Below are positions 59,527-64,000 of a DNA stretch of 64,000 nucleotides, piece by piece. How positions within the stretch are numbered: position 1 is the stretch's first letter; each line of letters starts with the position of its first letter. The DNA comes from a virus, in IMG/VR virus record IMGVR_UViG_3300026290_000001. One strand, written 5' to 3'. Position numbers and translations under genes: made by a program. The notes below the pieces were generated by a model, which saw nothing but the letters and a program-made list of their open reading frames with translations, searched no databases and was not told where the DNA came from.

Positions 59527-59713
59527 TAGTAAACCTCCTTCAAATATATAATATATTTATATTAATAAATTAATTTTATATTTTCATATTTTCATATTTT
59601 CATAATTATCACCTCGCAATCTATATAATTAATAGTATTATAATATAAAAATAAAAATACGTCAATACTATAATTTAATTAGTTTGACGTATTAATTTAT
59701 AATTTGTTCCATA

Positions 59714-60592
59714 TTAAATAGCACAATTATTCATACTTTTTCTTATATCATCTTGTGAAGGATGTAAATATATTTGAGTAGTAGAAAGCGAACCATGACC
59801 AAGTATCTGCTGAAGAGCCTTGAGATTCCCACCATTTTCTAAAAAATTAGTAGCAAATACATGTCTTAATGAATGACAAGTTATTACATTACTATGTTTG
59901 TTAAATATTCTTTCAACACTACTACTTTCTAATTTTTCACTTTTGTTGCTTAAAAATAAATATTTACTTCCTAATACATTATAAGCATACTTATAATTCT
60001 TTCTATCATCAATCGCTTTTTTAATAATCTCAATAGCAGTTTCATTCAATGGTATTATTCTTTGCTTACTTCCCTTACCAATAACTTTAAGATTCTTTCT
60101 TTTAAAATTAATATCATCCAACTCAATATTTAATGCTTCAGATATTCTTAAGCCAGTATTCAGAAGTAAAGCAACTATATAATAATTCCTATCACATTCA
60201 TTCTTCCTTATTCTTTCCATAAATTTTATTGCTTCAGATTTAGTAATACTAGTTGGAGATGTTAATTGTTTTTGTATGCGTATATAATCCTGTCCCAATA
60301 TCACCAAACTATCCTGATACCCCATCTTAACCAAAAATTCATTATAACTTTTCAAAGCACTTAACCTTCTATTTATTGTCTTAGCATCAACATTTCTTTC
60401 TTTAAGTAAATATTCCTTATACTCCGCAATCTGATCTCTACTAATAATCTGGGGTTCAATTCCAAAATACTCAAAAAACAAACCAATATCATGAGAATAA
60501 GATTTTATTGTATTGATAGATTTACCTTGTTCTACTAGGTGGTTGATGTATTCGGTTAAATAATTTTCATTTGCAACGAGATTCATATTCAT
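59714..60592 (-). CDS. tyrosine recombinase (XerD-like)
   Basis: Motifs NTGLRISEALNI, HSLRHVFATNFLENGG, LGHGSLSTTQIYLH. Confidence 0.8.
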   Translation of the reverse strand: MNMNLVANENYLTEYINHLVEQGKSINTIKSYSHDIGLFFEYFGIEPQIISRDQIAEYKEYLLKERNVDAKTINRRLSALKSYNEFLVKMGYQDSLVILGQDYIRIQKQLTSPTSITKSEAIKFMERIRKNECDRNYYIVALLLNTGLRISEALNIELDDINFKRKNLKVIGKGSKQRIIPLNETAIEIIKKAIDDRKNYKYAYNVLGSKYLFLSNKSEKLESSSVERIFNKHSNVITCHSLRHVFATNFLENGGNLKALQQILGHGSLSTTQIYLHPSQDDIRKSMNNCAI

Positions 60593-60826
60593 AATTTATC
60601 TCTCCTTTAGATTAATAATATAATTTAATATAAGTATATGCTTTGGTTAAATTAATCATACAATATAATTTAAATTATTGCAAGTAAAATATAAAAATAA
60701 ATATAAATATTTTATTTCAATGAATAATATCCTTTCTATTGGTTAATTTATATGAAACAAGTTTCTTATGTAGTGGGTTGGGATAAACCCAATCGCAAGG
60801 AGAACACAGGTTTTATAATATTCATA

Positions 60827-61060
60827 TTAACAGATTTTGCTAGGTTCAATAGTTTGACGGTAATCAGAGAGATAAACGACTTTAGGATGGTTAATACGTT
60901 GCCATTTAAGTTGTTCTTCTCTGATCCGTCTTTTTTCTTCTATTTTAATGTTCTTGTTGTATTGCTTTATTTCTTTTCTAAATCTCTTATCTCTTTCAGC
61001 AACAATTTGAAAGTAAATCCAGGTAATTATTAGAATACCTATTCCAATTAAAATTTTCAT
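60827..61060 (-). CDS. small membrane protein (uncertain)
   Basis: 77 aa, N-terminal TM helix then basic region. Confidence 0.2.
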   Translation of the reverse strand: MKILIGIGILIITWIYFQIVAERDKRFRKEIKQYNKNIKIEEKRRIREEQLKWQRINHPKVVYLSDYRQTIEPSKIC

Positions 61061-61444
61061 TTACATCTTCCTTTCTTAAATTTTGCTCCAATCATTATCA
61101 TAATGTTTATATCCTTGTGGTTTATTTAGTAATGCTTCTTTTATAGTTGCATGTTCAGAGATAATTTTTCACTTTCAGTTTCCTATACATAACCGTTTTC
61201 ATTGATGATAAAGTTATACCAAGGTACTAATAATGCTATTGGCATTGCAACTCTCCTTAATATCATTTCCATTCATTAACATCTCCTTTATGATTTGATC
61301 TATATGGATTGTTTGAATTTCTGGAGTAAGGATTTGTGTGGGTGAACCACCATTGTTGAATGTAGAAAGAAAAATAGGATATCGTTTCTTGTGGATTAAT
61401 ACCTATCCAGTCTAGAAAAAACATTGTAGGTAAACCTCCTTTCT

Positions 61445-62160
61445 ATGTGGAAATGTGTGTAGAAATATATATGGAATTTATATAGTTAAATGTGTTATTT
61501 GATTGATTAATAATATGATTTATTTTTAGATTTTAGAAATGGTAAGTTGTGGATTGTAGGATGGGTTATAAATATGTTTTTAAAGCAAATTTAATTATTT
61601 AGTTTATTTGTAGTCGGGAAGGTATGTGGAACAGGAAGGAATAATTGAGCAGAAAGTAGAATGAATATTGATATATTGGGAGTTTAGATAGTTTTTAGGC
61701 ATGAATTTTGTGTTAATTTTGATTATTGGAAGATTGATACAGAAGGTTGATTTTTTGTTGTCGGGGAAATTGAGATGAAGTGGTGAATTTTTAGGGTGGT
61801 TTTTTATTGAGTTTATAAAGGAATTTGAGTGTAGAAATGGTGATTAGGTGGGAGGTAAGGGGTAAGGGTAGGGAGAGAGGAAATAGGGTGGTTTTAGAGT
61901 GGATTTTGTTGGAGTTTTGTTATAAAGATTGTGGGATTTTTGTTTTTGGGAGTGGGAGGATATTGGGAGAATGTAGATGGGATGGATGTAGGTGAGATGG
62001 ATGGTTTGACGAGTGAGAGACGATGTGAATTTTGGTGGTTTTAGGGATATTTTATGTTGTCGGTATGGAATTTTTGTTTATGTGTGGAATAGATGTGATA
62101 GCGAACATATGTTCGATTAAAGTGACCGGAAATTTGTAAACTGGGGGTGGTATGGGTAGG
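61445..62160. other. C-depleted (G/T/A-only on plus strand) non-coding region with G-tract repeats; canonical G-quadruplex motif at 61850-61873
   Basis: Very few cytosines across about 700 nt on plus strand; motif GGG-aggtaa-GGGG-taa-GGG-ta-GGG; no ORFs. Confidence 0.5.
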
Positions 62161-62282
62161 TATATATAATACTGATATAATAATAGCACATGACAGGCTA
62201 TAACTCCCGGTATAATGGCATTAGCAAGCTATCTGATAATGCAATATAATGTATGATTATATTGTATTGGGTGAATTGGATC

Positions 62283-62450
62283 GGGGAAATAGCAGGGAAA
62301 ATAAGTGGGAAATAACCTGGGAAGCTGGTAGGGAAATGACTGATCAGGAAGCATCAAAAAAACTGGTAGTATCGGTAATGAAAATAGTAAAGATAATAAG
62401 TTGTCGTGGAAATCGTTTTTAATAACAGAACAGATGTTCGGGAAATGATT
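62283..62450. repeat. iteron-like GGGAAAT/GGAAAT repeats
   Basis: At least six spaced copies (cGGGGAAATa, aGGGAAAAta, tGGGAAATa, aGGGAAATg, tGGAAATc, cGGGAAATg) upstream of a promoter-like element. Confidence 0.35.
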
Positions 62451-62485
62451 ATAAATTAATAAAATAAAAATAATTATAAAAATAC

Positions 62486-62520
62486 TTGCATCTATGTTGG
62501 CAATATGATAGTATAGTATA
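62486..62520 (+). promoter_or_regulatory. sigma70-like promoter candidate for plus-strand small-gene cluster
   Basis: TTGCAT followed at about 17 nt by TAGTAT/TATAGT, then RBS AAGGAGGTG and ATG at 62601. Confidence 0.35.
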
Positions 62521-62600
62521 TAGATATGATCTTTGATAATAGCATAGTAACCTTAGTTTGCCTTACGCAAGCTATCTTTACAAGAAAGGAGGTGGCACGA

Positions 62601-62726
62601 ATGATAATGACTGAAAAAATGAACATAGAAATTGAAAACATTGAAAACATTTTAGCTGATAATGAACTATCCGATACAGAAAAAATCAAGCTTATTGAAC
62701 AGACTATAAAAGCAATAAGAAGGTAA
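62601..62726 (+). CDS. 41-aa small protein, copy A (start refined to ATG with RBS)
   Basis: RBS AAGGAGGTG 8 nt upstream; MIMTEKMNIEIENIENILADNELSDTEKIKLIEQTIKAIRR; near-identical copy at 62980-63105. Confidence 0.4.
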   Translation: MIMTEKMNIEIENIENILADNELSDTEKIKLIEQTIKAIRR

Positions 62727-62760
62727 TACCTTAAATAAAAATAGGAAGGAGGTGAAAAAA

Positions 62761-62940
62761 ATGAAATTATCAAAAATTGATAACAACGGCATAACCTTAT
62801 ATCTAACAATCATAAACGGCATTAACATGCTAACCGGAAACCCTGCTAAAGCTCTAAAATTTGAAACAGCTAAAGCAGCAAACAATTATAAAAACAATCT
62901 CACTCATCCAAACTTGCAGGGATTACAAGTAAGTCTATAA
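62761..62940 (+). CDS. hypothetical small protein
   Basis: RBS GGAAGGAGGTG upstream of ATG at 62761; lies between the duplicated small ORFs. Confidence 0.35.
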   Translation: MKLSKIDNNGITLYLTIINGINMLTGNPAKALKFETAKAANNYKNNLTHPNLQGLQVSL

Positions 62941-62979
62941 AACCGAGATTTTATCTTAACAGGAAAAGAGGTGAAAAAA

Positions 62980-63105
62980 ATGATAATGACTGAAAAAATG
63001 AACATAGAAATTGAAAACATTGAAAACATTTTAGCTGATAATGAATTAACAGATAGTGAAAAAATCCAGTATATTGAACAGACTATAAAAGCAATAAGGA
63101 GGTAA
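62980..63105 (+). CDS. 41-aa small protein, copy B
   Basis: RBS AAAGAGGTG; MIMTEKMNIEIENIENILADNELTDSEKIQYIEQTIKAIRR. Confidence 0.4.
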   Translation: MIMTEKMNIEIENIENILADNELTDSEKIQYIEQTIKAIRR

Positions 63106-63199
63106 TACCTTTTACCCGATAGCACTCACACCATAACAGAGTGCTATTCGTAAAGGGTATTAAAAACCCTAAAAATAAAATTAGAAGGGAATTGATAAA

Positions 63200-63670
63200 A
63201 TGGCAAAGCAAATAACGAGTGAATTAGAGGGTAAATGGTATAAAATTCCAGATTATAAAATAATGTTAGTGCGAGATAGCAATATAACAGCCGACAAAAA
63301 AAGAATATCTCATCCTAATGATGTTGTCAATGTATTCCAAACATATTTAGAAGGTTTAGACAGAGAACATTTTTGCATTGCTATGCTAGATAGAAAAAAT
63401 AATATTTTAGGTATTAATACGGTATCAATAGGTAGTATAAGTGCAAGTATAGTTCACCCGCGCGAAGTTTTTAAACCAGCTATTATAATTGGTGCATCAA
63501 GTATTATCCTTTGTCATAATCACCCAAGTGGTGATACAATGCCAAGCAATGAAGATATAACAATAACAAGAAAATTAGTAGAAGGCGGAAAACTACTAAA
63601 TATTGAAATACTTGATCATGTTATTATTGGCGATAATTATTACAGTATGAAGGAAAAAGGAATTATTTAA
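63200..63670 (+). CDS. RadC-like JAB/MPN domain protein
   Basis: JAMM motif region ...ILCHNHPSGDTMPSNEDI... and upstream conserved E (HPREVFK), size 156 aa typical of RadC-like. Confidence 0.75.
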   Translation: MAKQITSELEGKWYKIPDYKIMLVRDSNITADKKRISHPNDVVNVFQTYLEGLDREHFCIAMLDRKNNILGINTVSIGSISASIVHPREVFKPAIIIGASSIILCHNHPSGDTMPSNEDITITRKLVEGGKLLNIEILDHVIIGDNYYSMKEKGII

Positions 63671-63778
63671 TAACAATAAAATACTAGCAGGAAATAAAAT
63701 CCTGCTACATGGTATAACAGCAATGCTATATCATGTAAGAGGATTTTAAAAAAAACATTAAGGAGGTGAATAATAACA

Positions 63779-63979
63779 ATGAGTAGAAAAACCTATATTG
63801 ATAATAACGGATTTTTGCGGTATGAAGATACATGTAAGATAGTACCAAACCAACCAGACAACAAACTAGCATTAAACGAAATGTATAATATTTTTGGTAA
63901 CAGCAGTAAGAACCAACCAGAATTATCCATAGACGAAATGAATTATCTTGAAGGTAGATGTATTAAAGACTTTAATTAA
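63779..63979 (+). CDS. hypothetical small protein
   Basis: 66-aa ORF with RBS AAGGAGGTG upstream. Confidence 0.3.
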   Translation: MSRKTYIDNNGFLRYEDTCKIVPNQPDNKLALNEMYNIFGNSSKNQPELSIDEMNYLEGRCIKDFN

Positions 63980-64000
63980 TACCTTGTTAAAGTGCATTAG

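Noticed and set aside
60752-61033. 93-aa plus-strand ORF overlapping 60827-61060 on the opposite strand
   Set aside because: No RBS; the minus-strand ORF has a more protein-like translation (TM helix plus basic region); both remain low confidence
61445-62450. Possible CRISPR array in repeat-rich non-coding region
   Set aside because: Repeats are short (6-8 nt) G-tract or GGGAAAT units with irregular spacing, not 25-40 bp direct repeats with unique spacers; no cas genes
62492-63125. Minus-strand ORFs 62492-62809, 62667-62885 and 62904-63125 with similar hydrophobic translations
   Set aside because: They are reverse-frame shadows of the duplicated plus-strand small genes, which have strong RBSs; their similarity is explained by the DNA duplication

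Overview
The window reads as most of a low-GC tailed phage or prophage genome, siphovirus-like with a roughly 2000-aa tape measure protein. Host cues (SLH domain on the endolysin, copper-amine-oxidase-N-like domains, AT-rich composition) point to an S-layer-bearing Firmicutes-type host. Everything below is from reading the sequence and ORF translations by eye; no database search or folding was run.

Gene order, left to right:
- 225-2002 (+): nucleotide-metabolism trio (ThyX-like protein, dNMP kinase, HAD 5'-deoxyribonucleotidase).
- 2055-2390 (+): C-terminal remnant of a tyrosine integrase.
- 2513-5017 (-): lysis cassette (holins, amidase-SLH endolysin, XhlA-like protein).
- 5113-12128 (-): tyrosine recombinase, then tail fibre/tailspike genes with a GC-rich tip segment and a duplicated module.
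- 13105-14397 (-): a compact IscB (OMEGA-type RNA-guided HNH/RuvC nuclease) with a structured upstream non-coding region (candidate omega RNA), and no TnpA.
- 15336-26731 (-): tail module (FN3 protein, Tal, Dit, tape measure).
- 27164-28201 (-): a second tyrosine integrase, inside the structural operon.
- 28264-44670 (-): head-tail, capsid, portal and large terminase genes, interrupted by a homing-endonuclease-like gene.
- 46259-47331 (-): metallophosphoesterase and tRNA-Thr(UGU).
- 47534-53997 (-): Hsp20-like protein, a 934-aa unknown protein, a CoiA-like nuclease and small zinc-ribbon ORFs.
- 54187-57034 (-): three tandem amino-DNA methyltransferases.
- 58603-60592 (-): HNH-AP2 homing endonuclease and a third tyrosine recombinase.
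- 61445-62450: about 1 kb of non-coding, C-depleted sequence with G-quadruplex motifs and GGGAAAT repeats.
- 62601-63979 (+): duplicated 41-aa ORFs and a RadC/JAB protein.

The strongest candidate for something new is the IscB/omega-RNA unit sitting inside the tail module of a phage. Secondary candidates are the ThyX-like/kinase/nucleotidase cluster (possible DNA base modification), the recombinase-linked GC-rich fibre tip, and the C-depleted non-coding region.
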